Positions 19,688 to 29,216 of a stretch of DNA of 64,000 nt are shown here, piece after piece. Where the stretch lies: positions 1,116,241-1,180,240 of the forward strand of contig NZ_CP110854.1 of assembly GCF_027594745.1 (NCBI RefSeq). The letters are read 5' to 3'. The notes under the pieces were generated by a model. It had not been told where the DNA came from and made no database searches. It was given only the letters and a program-made list of their open reading frames with translations. This DNA is from Saprospira grandis (GTDB lineage: Bacteria; Bacteroidota; Bacteroidia; Chitinophagales; Saprospiraceae). The number at the start of each line of letters is the position of its first letter. Position 1 is the first letter of the stretch. The translations under genes and the position numbers were made by a program.

Positions 19688-20400
19688 TCCTCCTCGCTCT
19701 AGGGACCATTATCCTAGGGACCCTCCTCGGCCTGCTCTTTTTCTTCCTCCGGATCCACCTCAAAAGAATTAAAGCCGCCGAAGAAGAAAAACACCGCCTC
19801 GAGATTAACCACCAAAAAGCCTTGGCCTCGGCTACTGTAGAGATTCAGGAAAGAGAACGCGCCCGTATCGCAGAAGAATTACATGACGATCTTATCGCCC
19901 AACTTTACCGAATTAAGCTCTCTAACTTTAATCCACAAATCAACCAGATGCTCAAAATGAGTATCCAAAAGGCCCGCAACCTCTCTCACGATCTTAGCCC
20001 CCCTATGATTGATCAGGTAAATATGGAAACGATTCTGCTCGATTTTATCGAGCCCTTCCGACAAAAATATCAAATTCAATCTAATCTCAATGATGGCAAT
20101 AATAAAGAGCTGCCCAAGGAGGCTAAGCTCCAACTCTTCCGCATTTTTCAAGAACTCATTACCAATATTGATAAACATGCCGCGGCTAAGCAGATAGATA
20201 TTTATTACCGCTATCGCCATAATTATTTGGCCCTCCTCCTCCGCGATGATGGCCTAGGCTTTAAGGCCGAACAACAAAATGGCCTAGGCCTAAAGAATAT
20301 TGCCATGCGCAGCCAAATCCTAAACGGTCAATTTAAGTTTAAACCCAATTCTCCAAACGGAACTACTTTTACTTTCCTACATTATGAGCCAAACAACTAA
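19654..20400 (+). CDS. Sensor histidine kinase (HisKA_3/NarL-type H-box + HATPase_c)
   Basis: 248 aa; one TM helix, then H-box ERARIAEELHDDLIAQL and the ATPase region (DLSPPMID...GLGLKNIAMR). Confidence 0.8.
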   Translation: MGPQQNASTVLILLALGTIILGTLLGLLFFFLRIHLKRIKAAEEEKHRLEINHQKALASATVEIQERERARIAEELHDDLIAQLYRIKLSNFNPQINQMLKMSIQKARNLSHDLSPPMIDQVNMETILLDFIEPFRQKYQIQSNLNDGNNKELPKEAKLQLFRIFQELITNIDKHAAAKQIDIYYRYRHNYLALLLRDDGLGFKAEQQNGLGLKNIAMRSQILNGQFKFKPNSPNGTTFTFLHYEPNN

Positions 20401-21079
20401 GATTAAGATCGCCATTACCGACGACGACTCTCTGGTCGTCCAACTACTCACCGAATATCTAGAGAAGTTCTCTCCCCTTCCCTGCCAAGTCATTCTCCAG
20501 GCCTATAGTGGCCAAGAGTTTATAGAAAAGACCAAGCTCCCTAGCTTCCAAGAGGTCGATATTATCTTGCTCGATATGCGGATGAAGGAGGGCGACGGCC
20601 TTTGGGTGCTCAATGAATTGAGTAAGCAGTCTTTTTCGGCCAAGATTATTGTGCTCACGTCTTACTATAAAACGGCCTACATTGGCCAGATGATGAGCCT
20701 TGGGGCCCATGCCTTTTTGCCCAAAGAGATTGATAAGGAGCAATTAGTGGAAATTATCCAGGAGGTCCAGCAAAAGGGCCATTATTTTAGCAGCGAGCAG
20801 ATGCAGTCGCTCCGCTCGCAAATTACGGCCAAATCGCCTAAGTTACAGCTCGATCCCAGTAGCCAGATTAGTCCCCGAGAGCTAGAGGTGCTCCAACTGA
20901 TTGCCCAGCAATATACCAATAAGGAGATTGCCGAAAAGCTCTGCCTGACGGTCAAGACCATTGAGGCCCATAAAAGTAATTTGCTGGCCAAAACGGGCTC
21001 TAAGAATGCGGTGGGCCTAGTGGTCTATGCCATCGAACAGGGCCTGATTAAGGCCAGCGATTGTATCCGCCTCAATTAG
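20384..21079 (+). CDS. Response regulator, NarL/FixJ family (REC + LuxR-type HTH)
   Basis: 231 aa; REC domain IKIAITDDDSLV...ILLDMRM; C-terminal SPRELEVLQLIAQQYTNKEIAEKLCLTVKTIEAHKSNLLAKTG LuxR HTH. Confidence 0.85.
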   Translation: MSQTTKIKIAITDDDSLVVQLLTEYLEKFSPLPCQVILQAYSGQEFIEKTKLPSFQEVDIILLDMRMKEGDGLWVLNELSKQSFSAKIIVLTSYYKTAYIGQMMSLGAHAFLPKEIDKEQLVEIIQEVQQKGHYFSSEQMQSLRSQITAKSPKLQLDPSSQISPRELEVLQLIAQQYTNKEIAEKLCLTVKTIEAHKSNLLAKTGSKNAVGLVVYAIEQGLIKASDCIRLN

Positions 21080-21120
21080 TGTTTTTGGCCCTTTGGGCTG
21101 TTTGTTTTTTATTTTTTCCT

Positions 21121-21612
21121 TTTGGGGCCCGCGGCCCAGGCAGGCCTAGGGCCTGCCTGGGCCGCCGCTATGCTGCGCGGCTCGCTGTTCGCTCGGCCCA
21201 TCGCTTTTTCGCTTTGCTCAAAAGCTCGGTCTGGCCTGCGGCCACCGCTGCGCAGCGCTGGGCCGCTCGGCCTTTTAGCTTGGCCAGTTCTTTCTGCTGC
21301 GGCCCCCTTGGCCCCTCCTTTTAAATGGTATTCGTCGCTGCGCTCCTCATCCGTCTATATGTCCCCGCCCACCCACCCCTCTACGGGATTCCCTAAGGAA
21401 TCCCTCGGGATGGCTGGACCAATTCCTGCACCTCCTCCCCCACTAAATAGGCGGCTTCGCCGCCTCTGGCCCAAAGGGACAGAACGGCCTAGTGATGCGG
21501 CGGGGTGGCCCGAAGGGCCAGACCCAGGCGGCGCAGCCGCCGCAGGGCCGAGCAGACCTGCGAGCCCCAAAGCGTAACGGCGCAAGGCGAAGCCGCAGCG
21601 CAGGCCCCAACT
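21121..21612. repeat. GC-rich interspersed repeat family, composite copy 7 (forward module + S hairpin module + reverse module)
   Basis: ~490 bp between convergent genes; contains ...gctcgctgttcgctcggcc..., gggattccctaaggaatccctcggg, and ...cagggccgagcagacctgcgagcc... modules in opposite orientations. Confidence 0.85.
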
Positions 21613-21659
21613 CCTTCCCTCAGAAAAATAGCGAAAATAAAACACAAAACCTCTAACCC

Positions 21660-22790
21660 CTAGCGCCCAACATAAGCCGCCAGCGCCTCCAACAAAGCCG
21701 AAATATCCCCCAAATCCATATCCGCCCGCAAGCAAATGCGCAGGCGTTCCTGCCCCCTAGGCACCGTAGGGTATCGAATGGGACGCAGATCAAAACCCTG
21801 CCCCTCCAAATACTCCGAAAGGGCCAAAACCTCCCGATTTCCTGGCCAAAAAATAGCCTGAATCGGTCCCTGATTGGCCGTCAAAATAGTCGAAAGGGCC
21901 AGTTTTTCCCTTAAGGCCAAATAATGGGCTAAACGCTGCTGCAGTTCGGCCCGCAGCCGCGCCCCCTCCCGCTCCAGATAGCGATAAACCAAGCGCAAAT
22001 GCCCAATCTGAGGCAAAGACATGGCCGTACTATAGATCAAAGGACGGGCAAAATTGATGAGATACTGCCGCAGGATCGAGCTGCCCAAAATCACCGCCCC
22101 ATGGCTGCCCACCGCCTTGCCAAAGGTATGCAAACGGGCAAAAATGCGCTGGCTCAGGCCTAATTCCTGAACTAAACCGCCCCCATTTGGACCAAAACAG
22201 GCCGTCGCATGCGCCTCATCAACCAAAAGGGCCGCCCCATAACGCTCCGCCAAATCGGCCAAGGCCCCCAAAGGCGCCCGATCGCCATCCATGGAATAAA
22301 GCGACTCCACCCAAATGTAGCGCAGCCCCTTGGGCGCAAGCGCCAACTGCCTCTCCAAATCCTGCAAATCATTGTGCGCAAAGGCAAAAGCCTGCCCCTT
22401 GGCCAACTTTAAGGCATCATGCAAACTCGCATGGGCCAAGGCATCATAATATAAGGTATCGCCCCGCTGCAAAAGGGCCGAAACCAAACCCAAATTGCCC
22501 AGATAGCCCGTGTTGAACAGCAAAGCCGTTTCCGCCTCATGGAATTGGGCCAACTGCTGCTCCAACTCCAACATAGCAGGATGATGGCCCGAAAGCAAAC
22601 GGGAACCCGTGGCCCCCATTTGCTCATATTTTTCTTGCCCCAACTGCAAAAGGAGCTCCCGATTCCTAGCCAAGCCCAAATAGTCATTAGAGCTAAAGCT
22701 AATGAGCTCTGGCCGATGGCGCAAACTGCGTTGCATCCCCCGCTTCGCATAGGCCGCAAGGCGCTCTTGCAGCCGTTCTTCATGCTTCAT
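21660..22790 (-). CDS. bioF: Alpha-oxoamine synthase, most likely 8-amino-7-oxononanoate synthase (BioF/Kbl/SPT family, PLP-dependent)
   Basis: 376 aa; class-II aminotransferase fold; LLVDEAHATACFGPNGGG and HTFGKAVGSHGAVILGS (PLP-lysine region). Confidence 0.7.
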   Translation of the reverse strand: MKHEERLQERLAAYAKRGMQRSLRHRPELISFSSNDYLGLARNRELLLQLGQEKYEQMGATGSRLLSGHHPAMLELEQQLAQFHEAETALLFNTGYLGNLGLVSALLQRGDTLYYDALAHASLHDALKLAKGQAFAFAHNDLQDLERQLALAPKGLRYIWVESLYSMDGDRAPLGALADLAERYGAALLVDEAHATACFGPNGGGLVQELGLSQRIFARLHTFGKAVGSHGAVILGSSILRQYLINFARPLIYSTAMSLPQIGHLRLVYRYLEREGARLRAELQQRLAHYLALREKLALSTILTANQGPIQAIFWPGNREVLALSEYLEGQGFDLRPIRYPTVPRGQERLRICLRADMDLGDISALLEALAAYVGR

Positions 22791-22793
22791 GAC

Positions 22794-25124
22794 TTACTCA
22801 ATTCTGGCTACCGTATTGACCGCATCCAAGTTCTTAATCGACATAATAATCTGCTTGAGCTGGTCCTTATTTTGCACCATCAAACTAATCCGTCCTTCAA
22901 AATGACCCTCTAGGCCCTCCATAGAAAATGAACGCATATTGACGCCCAACTCATTGGTAATGATGTTAGACAACTGCTGCACCACCCCCATATCATCCAT
23001 GCCCGTAATCAAGAGATCGGCCACAAAAGAGGTTTCGCCAGACTCTACCCACTCCGCCTTTTTTATCCGATAGCCATAAGTGGCCTGCATATGCTCGGCA
23101 TTGGGGCAGGTGGTCCGATGAATTTTCAAGCCATGCTTAGAAGTCACATAAGCAAAGATATCATCGCCCATAACGGGATTGCAGCAGGTGGCCAAAGAGT
23201 AGGTATAATTGCTGGCATCTTCGCCATCTACCATCAATTTGGGCTTCTTAAACTGCTTACGACTAGCCAAGGGACGTAGTTTGGGGCCCTTGGGCTTTTC
23301 TATCTGTGCAATTTCTTCCCTAGGCGTATCGGCCAACTCTGGAAACAGCTTTCCCTGCTCTTGCCGCAAAAGCTTAATCTCATTTAAGTTGTACTGTCCC
23401 TGATAAATGCCATAATAAAGAGCAGGGCGATTCTCTAGGCCGTAGTATTTGACCAGTACGTCTATATTCTCATCGGCATCTAGCTTGAGGGTTTTCAGTT
23501 TGCGCTCTAGGGTTTCTTTGCCCAAGGCCCCCAACTTCATGCGCTCTTCACGGAGCGCCTGACGGATCTTATGTCTGGCCCGTCCTGTCTCCACCATCTT
23601 CAACCAACCCTCTGAGGGCTTTTGGTTCGGGCTGGTCACCACCCTCAATTGGTCCCCATTTCGGAGGCGATAGCTAAGAGGAACAATCTTTTCGGCCACC
23701 TTGACCGCCTTACAATGATAGCCCACCTCCGAGTGAATATCAAAGGCAAAATCTAGGGCCGTGGCTCCTTTAGGGAAAAAGCGGAGGTCCCCCTTGGGCG
23801 TAAATACATAAACCTCCTCGGCAAAAAGGTTCGACTTAAAGCTGTTTAGAAACTCAATGGCATTGGTTTCTGGATTCTCCAGCATTTCTCGGGCTTTGGT
23901 CAGCCAGCGCTCAAAGGTGCTGCTTTGGCTCGACTTAACGCCCTTGTATTTCCAGTGTGCCGCAAAGCCCATTTCGGCAATCTCATCCATGCGCTCCGAG
24001 CGAATTTGCACCTCGACAAAGCGGCCCTTTGGCCCCATAACTGTCGTATGCAAAGATTCATAGCCATTGGTCTTTGGCATAGATACCCAATCTTTTAGGC
24101 GTTCGGGCACGGGAGTGTAGTAATCGGTAATGATAGAATAGACATTCCAACAGGCAGCCTTTTCTCTTTCAATGGGTAAATCTAAAACAATCCGAATAGC
24201 AAAGAAATCATATATCTCCTCAAAGGCCAGTTGCTTCTTCTTGAGTTTGTTGTTAATGGAAGAAATGGATTTGGCTCGGCCAAAGATGCGGGCCTTATAG
24301 CCTGCAGCTTCTACAGCCTTGCGCACGGGAGCAATAAAATCCTCTATATAAGCCTCTCTTTCGTCCTTGGTTTCTTGTAATTTCTTGACAATGTCTTGGT
24401 ACTCTGTAGGCTCGATGATCTTCATGACCAAATCTTCCATTTCCGTCTTTATGGAGTAGAAACCCAGACGGTGGGCCAAAGGCGCATAGGTATAAGAGGT
24501 TTCTGAAGCAATCTTTAGCTGCTTATGATGAGGCATAGCGCCTAGGGTCCGCATATTATGTAGGCGGTCCGCCATCTTAATTAGGACCACCCGCACATCC
24601 TTGGCAATGGTCAAGAGGATCTTTTTAAAGTTTTCGGCCTGTGGGCTACTCATTTTATCGCCCTGTACATTATTGGCATTGGCAATGCCCGAAAACTTGG
24701 TCAGGCCATCTACAATAGAACTTACCTTTTGGCCAAACAATAACCGAATTTGGGCTAAAGTCACCTCCGTATCTTCTACCACATCATGCATAAGGGCCGC
24801 TTTGATAGAGCGAGGGGCCAAGCCCAACTCATCAGCACAAATACGGGCTACCTCTATAGGATGCAGAATATAAGGCTCTCCCGACTTTCGTCTTTGGCCC
24901 GCATGCGCCCGAAAAGCTAAAGTAAAAGCCAGACGCATTTCTCTTTCTTCCTCTGGGGGGTAGTCCATCCGCAGGCTGCCTAGCAAATGCTCAAAGGCCG
25001 CATAGACTTCTTTTTCTTCATCGGCATTGAGATCGGTGGTTGGGTCTGGCAAATTTAAAGGCGCCAGCTTTTCTTCTATATAGTCTACCATAGTCTTATT
25101 CTTTTTGTACAGGGCCCTACTCAT
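22794..25124 (-). CDS. relA: Bifunctional (p)ppGpp synthetase/hydrolase (RelA/SpoT homologue)
   Basis: 776 aa. HD hydrolase (HDVVEDT), RelA/SpoT synthetase, TGS and C-terminal ACT regions all recognisable. Stop is 3 nt upstream of the bioF ATG. Confidence 0.9.
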   Translation of the reverse strand: MSRALYKKNKTMVDYIEEKLAPLNLPDPTTDLNADEEKEVYAAFEHLLGSLRMDYPPEEEREMRLAFTLAFRAHAGQRRKSGEPYILHPIEVARICADELGLAPRSIKAALMHDVVEDTEVTLAQIRLLFGQKVSSIVDGLTKFSGIANANNVQGDKMSSPQAENFKKILLTIAKDVRVVLIKMADRLHNMRTLGAMPHHKQLKIASETSYTYAPLAHRLGFYSIKTEMEDLVMKIIEPTEYQDIVKKLQETKDEREAYIEDFIAPVRKAVEAAGYKARIFGRAKSISSINNKLKKKQLAFEEIYDFFAIRIVLDLPIEREKAACWNVYSIITDYYTPVPERLKDWVSMPKTNGYESLHTTVMGPKGRFVEVQIRSERMDEIAEMGFAAHWKYKGVKSSQSSTFERWLTKAREMLENPETNAIEFLNSFKSNLFAEEVYVFTPKGDLRFFPKGATALDFAFDIHSEVGYHCKAVKVAEKIVPLSYRLRNGDQLRVVTSPNQKPSEGWLKMVETGRARHKIRQALREERMKLGALGKETLERKLKTLKLDADENIDVLVKYYGLENRPALYYGIYQGQYNLNEIKLLRQEQGKLFPELADTPREEIAQIEKPKGPKLRPLASRKQFKKPKLMVDGEDASNYTYSLATCCNPVMGDDIFAYVTSKHGLKIHRTTCPNAEHMQATYGYRIKKAEWVESGETSFVADLLITGMDDMGVVQQLSNIITNELGVNMRSFSMEGLEGHFEGRISLMVQNKDQLKQIIMSIKNLDAVNTVARIE

Positions 25125-25424
25125 CCAAAAATTTGATCCTCGGCCACCGCTTGCTCTTTTGCTTTCTTCTTTTAATAGAAAATCTTTCTATTACAGAAAA
25201 AAATGCCCCTGCCCTAGCCTATAGGCTAAGCAGAGCACAACAACAAAAAAGAAATTTAGAGAGAAGCCCTTGCTTTTCCAAACTTTTTTAAGCTATTGTC
25301 TGCATCACTATATATTATATGTATAAAAGAAATAGGAAGCGCTGCTTTTTTGCCCCTAAGTCAATGGATGAATAAAGCAGAAAACTCTTTTTATCAGCGG
25401 ACTAGCATCCCTTAGGCAAAAAAC

Positions 25425-25745
25425 AAGGCGCCAGAGGCCTCTGGATTGTTACATTTGGCTCTGGGGATTCCCCAGAGGCGTCTGGATCGTTACATTTAGC
25501 TCCGGGGATTCCCCAGAGGCATCTGGATCGTTACATTTAGCTCCGGGGATTCCCCAGAGGCATCTGGATCGTTACATTTAGCTCCGGGGATTCCCCAGAG
25601 GCGTCTGGATCGTTACATTTAGCTCCGGGGATTCCCCAGAGGCATCTGGATCGTTACATTTAGCTCCGGGGATTCCCCAGAGGCGTCTGGATCGTTACAT
25701 TTAGCTCTGGCGTGGCGCTGAAGCCATCTGGATCGCTACATCATC
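25425..25745. repeat. Tandem repeat, 41-bp unit x ~7.5
   Basis: Unit tctggatcgttacatttagctccggggattccccagaggc(a/g). Phase checked at 25481, 25522, 25563, 25604, 25645, 25686, 25727. No unique spacers. Confidence 0.9.
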
Positions 25746-25913
25746 ATCTATAGCCTCCACTTCCGTAACGACTACAAAAACAGCCTTAATTTTTCTACGT
25801 AAACAATAAAAGTTAAAAAAGTTGTGTTTTTTTCTGCAAAAGACTTGACCTTATAAAATCGTTTACCTATATTTATAACGTCAACTAATTAGTAAACTAA
25901 TAAACGCAATCCA

Positions 25914-26897
25914 ATGGTAGAAACTACTGGATGGATCAAGACGGAAAACTTCGTCTATACGACCACCAAAGAAAACAAAAAGAAGATGTACCTTTTAGCG
26001 AAGGATCATGTTCACAAATTGACAGAAAAAGCGAGCAGCGATCCTGTCATTCAAGACATCTTGAACTTTATTCTCCCTGCCTATGAGGACTTTCTTCTTC
26101 AGTATCGTAAGAATACGGTAGAGAAAAGAGATTATCATCAGAAGACAGCAGCATTTGAAGATCTAATTGCCCAATTGTCTGGCGTTGAAATTCGCCGCTG
26201 GGATGTTGAAATTCAGATGACCTATGATATTGCTACAAATGACTACCGTCTATTTCTTCCCTACGGACGAGAGCCCTTCCAAAAAGGGACCTATGATATG
26301 CGCATTGAGGCAGTCATGACCTTGGGAGATTTGTTGAGCGCCGATCCGCAGCTTCAGGGCTTGGGGGCTCGTGTACTTGCCTTTGGCCAGCAGCTAGATG
26401 ATCTTCGTGGCCAGCAGCAGGGAGTAGAAGGTAATAACGATGACAATGTAGATGATTTGGAAGCCAAGCGTGAAGAGCTCGCTATTATACTTTATGGTGC
26501 TTTTGCTCGCCTATTGGCCCATTATTACCGTACGCCCAAGCGGGTAGATAACTTTTATGAGCTCAAGTATTTCCGCCGCAGCCGAAATAGCAGCCAAGAG
26601 CAAGAAGAAGAAAACGACAACTTTAGCAACTTTGAAGTGGCTCTGAGTCCTGGCAGCAGCCAGCAGCAACTAGAGGGCCTACTTATTGGTGGCGAGCGCT
26701 TGCGTTTGCAGCATATTAGCGGAGAGCCCGTCTTGTACTACTTCTTGGTTAATTCTAGCGATAGCCCAGGCCAACAGTATGAGTTGCAGCCCAACCAAAG
26801 CGTTGAAGTGATTGTCCCGCTTGGCCATCGTCTTATTGTGCTAGAGAATCCTAGCCGCCGAGACAGCCTTGTCGAGATTGAGCTCCTGCCTAGCTAG
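25914..26897 (+). CDS. Hypothetical protein
   Basis: 327 aa ATG-initiated ORF with coding-like composition and an acidic low-complexity segment; no known motif. Confidence 0.5.
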   Translation: MVETTGWIKTENFVYTTTKENKKKMYLLAKDHVHKLTEKASSDPVIQDILNFILPAYEDFLLQYRKNTVEKRDYHQKTAAFEDLIAQLSGVEIRRWDVEIQMTYDIATNDYRLFLPYGREPFQKGTYDMRIEAVMTLGDLLSADPQLQGLGARVLAFGQQLDDLRGQQQGVEGNNDDNVDDLEAKREELAIILYGAFARLLAHYYRTPKRVDNFYELKYFRRSRNSSQEQEEENDNFSNFEVALSPGSSQQQLEGLLIGGERLRLQHISGEPVLYYFLVNSSDSPGQQYELQPNQSVEVIVPLGHRLIVLENPSRRDSLVEIELLPS

Positions 26898-27033
26898 GCT
26901 TAGCAACAGAACAGCCATCCAAGACTATGGATGGCTTTTTCTTTGTTTGGGTCTTTGGCCCAAGAGCTGGCTCAAAAAGAAAGCGGCCTAGGAGAAATTC
27001 TCCTAGGCCGCTACTTATTATGGTCCTATTGCT

Positions 27034-28848
27034 TTAATCTAGCTTTAATTCAAAAGGCAGGCGCATTTGTGGTCCTTGCATGCTTCGCAAGTCTTTTACC
27101 TGCTTCATCCAGATCAAAAGCTCGGGATCTAGATCTTGAAGCAATTGATTTTTCTGCCATTCGGTCGGCGAGAAATCAACTTTTTTGCCTCCCGTCAAGC
27201 TTTCCATCAGCTCTTCTTCAAAGTTTTTGATCTTGGGGTAATGCACGGCATCATAGCTTTCACCCAAATTGGCCAAGGCGGCAGCTTCTGTAATAGCGGC
27301 ATCTAGGCCCGCAAGGCTATCGACCAATCCAATTTCTAGAGCGGCAGTGCCCAGCCATACACGGCCCTGAGCAATGCTATCTACATGGGCGCGCTTGAGG
27401 CCACGGCCCTCGCTCACTCGGTTTTTGAACAAGTCGTAAATCTCCTCAATAGATTGGGTAATGATGGCCCCCTCCTCTTCATTGAAGGCGTAATATTGGC
27501 CCATATCCCGACTCATGATCGAGAACTTGCCCGTTTTTACGGTATCCATGGTCAAGCCCAACTTCTCTTCATAGAGGCCGCGCATATTGGGAATCATACC
27601 GAATACCCCAATTGAACCCGTAATCGTATTGCTTTCGGCAAAGATTTTATCCGAGTTAGAGGCAATATAATAGCCGCCCGAAGCCGCTACATCTCCCATA
27701 GAGGTCACGACCTTAATCCCCTGTTCTTTGGCCAACTCAATTTCTCTCCAGATGACCTCAGAGGCAAAGGCAGAGCCCCCACCAGAATTTACTCGCAAAA
27801 CAATAGCTTTTACCTTATCATCTTCACGGATTTCACGGATGGTGCGGGCATAGAACTCGCCCCCAATACTCCCGCGATCGCCTTCGCCATCAACGATGCT
27901 TCCTTCTGCAAAGATGACGGCTACCTTATCCGAGCCCGCAGAGCGTTCCCGCAAGGCCTTTTTCTTGATATCATAGTAGCCAGAAAGGCCCACAAACTTC
28001 AGTTTGGCCTTTTTGTCATCCTGAATCCCGACTAGCTCACGCAACTCCTTAATGACTTCATCCTTATACTTCAGGGCATCTACCATACCGTATTGTAGGG
28101 CCGCATTGGCATTGCGAATCTTAGCCTGATTGGCCAATTGATATAGACTATCGGCAGAGATGCCACGGCTCTCGCCAATGACCTCCAAATACTGCATATA
28201 GGCCCCATTGAGGTACTCTCGCACTTGCTTGCGGTTGGCCTCGCTCATATCCGTTCTGCGGAAAGGCTCGGTAGCGCTCTTAAATTTTCCTGCATAGTAG
28301 ATCTGTGCTTTTACACCCAGCTTATCCATTAGGCCCTTATAGTACATAATTTGTCCCCCAAAGCCCATGAAATCAATACCGCCCATAGGGTGCAAATACA
28401 ACTTATCTGCGGCAGAGGCCAGGTAGTAAGTAGACTGTGAATAGCTATTGGCATAGCCCAAGACAAACTTCCCTGAGGCCTGAAAATCGGCTAGGGCTTC
28501 GCGGACCTTTTTCATGCTAGCAAAACCACCGGGGCTGCTCTTGGGAGAAAGGTAAATCCCCTTGATATTGGGGTCCTCCTTGGCTAGGGCAATCAAGGCC
28601 AAAAGGTCGGCTAGACCTACATTCTCGGCAAAGAGGCTTTCTAGGTCGGTGGCCCCACTTTTGTCCAAATTATTGCTCAATTCTGGAACAGCGGCCCCAA
28701 AATCTAGCTTCAAGATGCTGTTTTCCTCCACCTTGGGGTCGCCGGGCTGGTTGAGCAGCACAATGGTCATAATAATAGCCCCTAAACCAAAGAGACCAAC
28801 AATGGTCCCGAAGCAGGAAGCAAAAAACTCACGGATAAAATTCTTCAT
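27034..28848 (-). CDS. sppA: Signal peptide peptidase SppA, 67K type (protease IV)
   Basis: 604 aa; N-terminal TM helix; two tandem ClpP/crotonase-fold S49 domains (GSIVDGEG...SGGGSAFASE and SMGDVAASGGYYIA). Confidence 0.85.
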   Translation of the reverse strand: MKNFIREFFASCFGTIVGLFGLGAIIMTIVLLNQPGDPKVEENSILKLDFGAAVPELSNNLDKSGATDLESLFAENVGLADLLALIALAKEDPNIKGIYLSPKSSPGGFASMKKVREALADFQASGKFVLGYANSYSQSTYYLASAADKLYLHPMGGIDFMGFGGQIMYYKGLMDKLGVKAQIYYAGKFKSATEPFRRTDMSEANRKQVREYLNGAYMQYLEVIGESRGISADSLYQLANQAKIRNANAALQYGMVDALKYKDEVIKELRELVGIQDDKKAKLKFVGLSGYYDIKKKALRERSAGSDKVAVIFAEGSIVDGEGDRGSIGGEFYARTIREIREDDKVKAIVLRVNSGGGSAFASEVIWREIELAKEQGIKVVTSMGDVAASGGYYIASNSDKIFAESNTITGSIGVFGMIPNMRGLYEEKLGLTMDTVKTGKFSIMSRDMGQYYAFNEEEGAIITQSIEEIYDLFKNRVSEGRGLKRAHVDSIAQGRVWLGTAALEIGLVDSLAGLDAAITEAAALANLGESYDAVHYPKIKNFEEELMESLTGGKKVDFSPTEWQKNQLLQDLDPELLIWMKQVKDLRSMQGPQMRLPFELKLD

Positions 28849-28887
28849 AGATGATTGATTTATTAGATATGTTCTTTTTCTAATGAT

Positions 28888-29110
28888 TTGGGGCTGCCCC
28901 GCCCTCCGGGCGGGTCGGGCTGTGTCAGGGCTCGCTATTCGCTCGGCCCTGCGCGGGCTACGCCCGCTGGGTCTGGCCTTCGGCCACCCTTTTCCATCCC
29001 TCAGCCTCTGCGGCTAAAGCCGCAGCCAAGCGACATAGCGCTTTGCGCTATGGGCTAAGATGCTGGGCTGGGGCCCAGCATATCGGCGGCTTCGCCGCCT
29101 CTTTGGGCCA
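28888..29110. repeat. GC-rich interspersed repeat family, copy 8
   Basis: tttggggctgccccgccctccgggcgggtcgggctgtgtcagggctcgctattcgctcggccctgcgcggg...ttttccatccctcagcc. Confidence 0.85.
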
Positions 29111-29216
29111 AAAAGGCCGCCTTGCTCAATTCATTAGAGAAAATAGTCAAAGTTTTTGGGACAAAAAAAGGGCTGCCCCTAAAAGTCGACAGCCCCACAG
29201 ATATTTCGGACAAAAC

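Noticed and set aside
25425-25745. Possible CRISPR array (regular ~41-bp periodicity)
   Set aside because: The units abut one another with no unique spacer sequences, and no cas genes are nearby. This is a plain tandem repeat, not repeat-spacer architecture.
26931-27230. ORF 26931..27230 (99 aa) between the hypothetical gene and sppA
   Set aside because: It overlaps the 3' end of the well-supported sppA gene on the opposite strand and has no motifs. The space is better explained as a convergent-gene terminator region.
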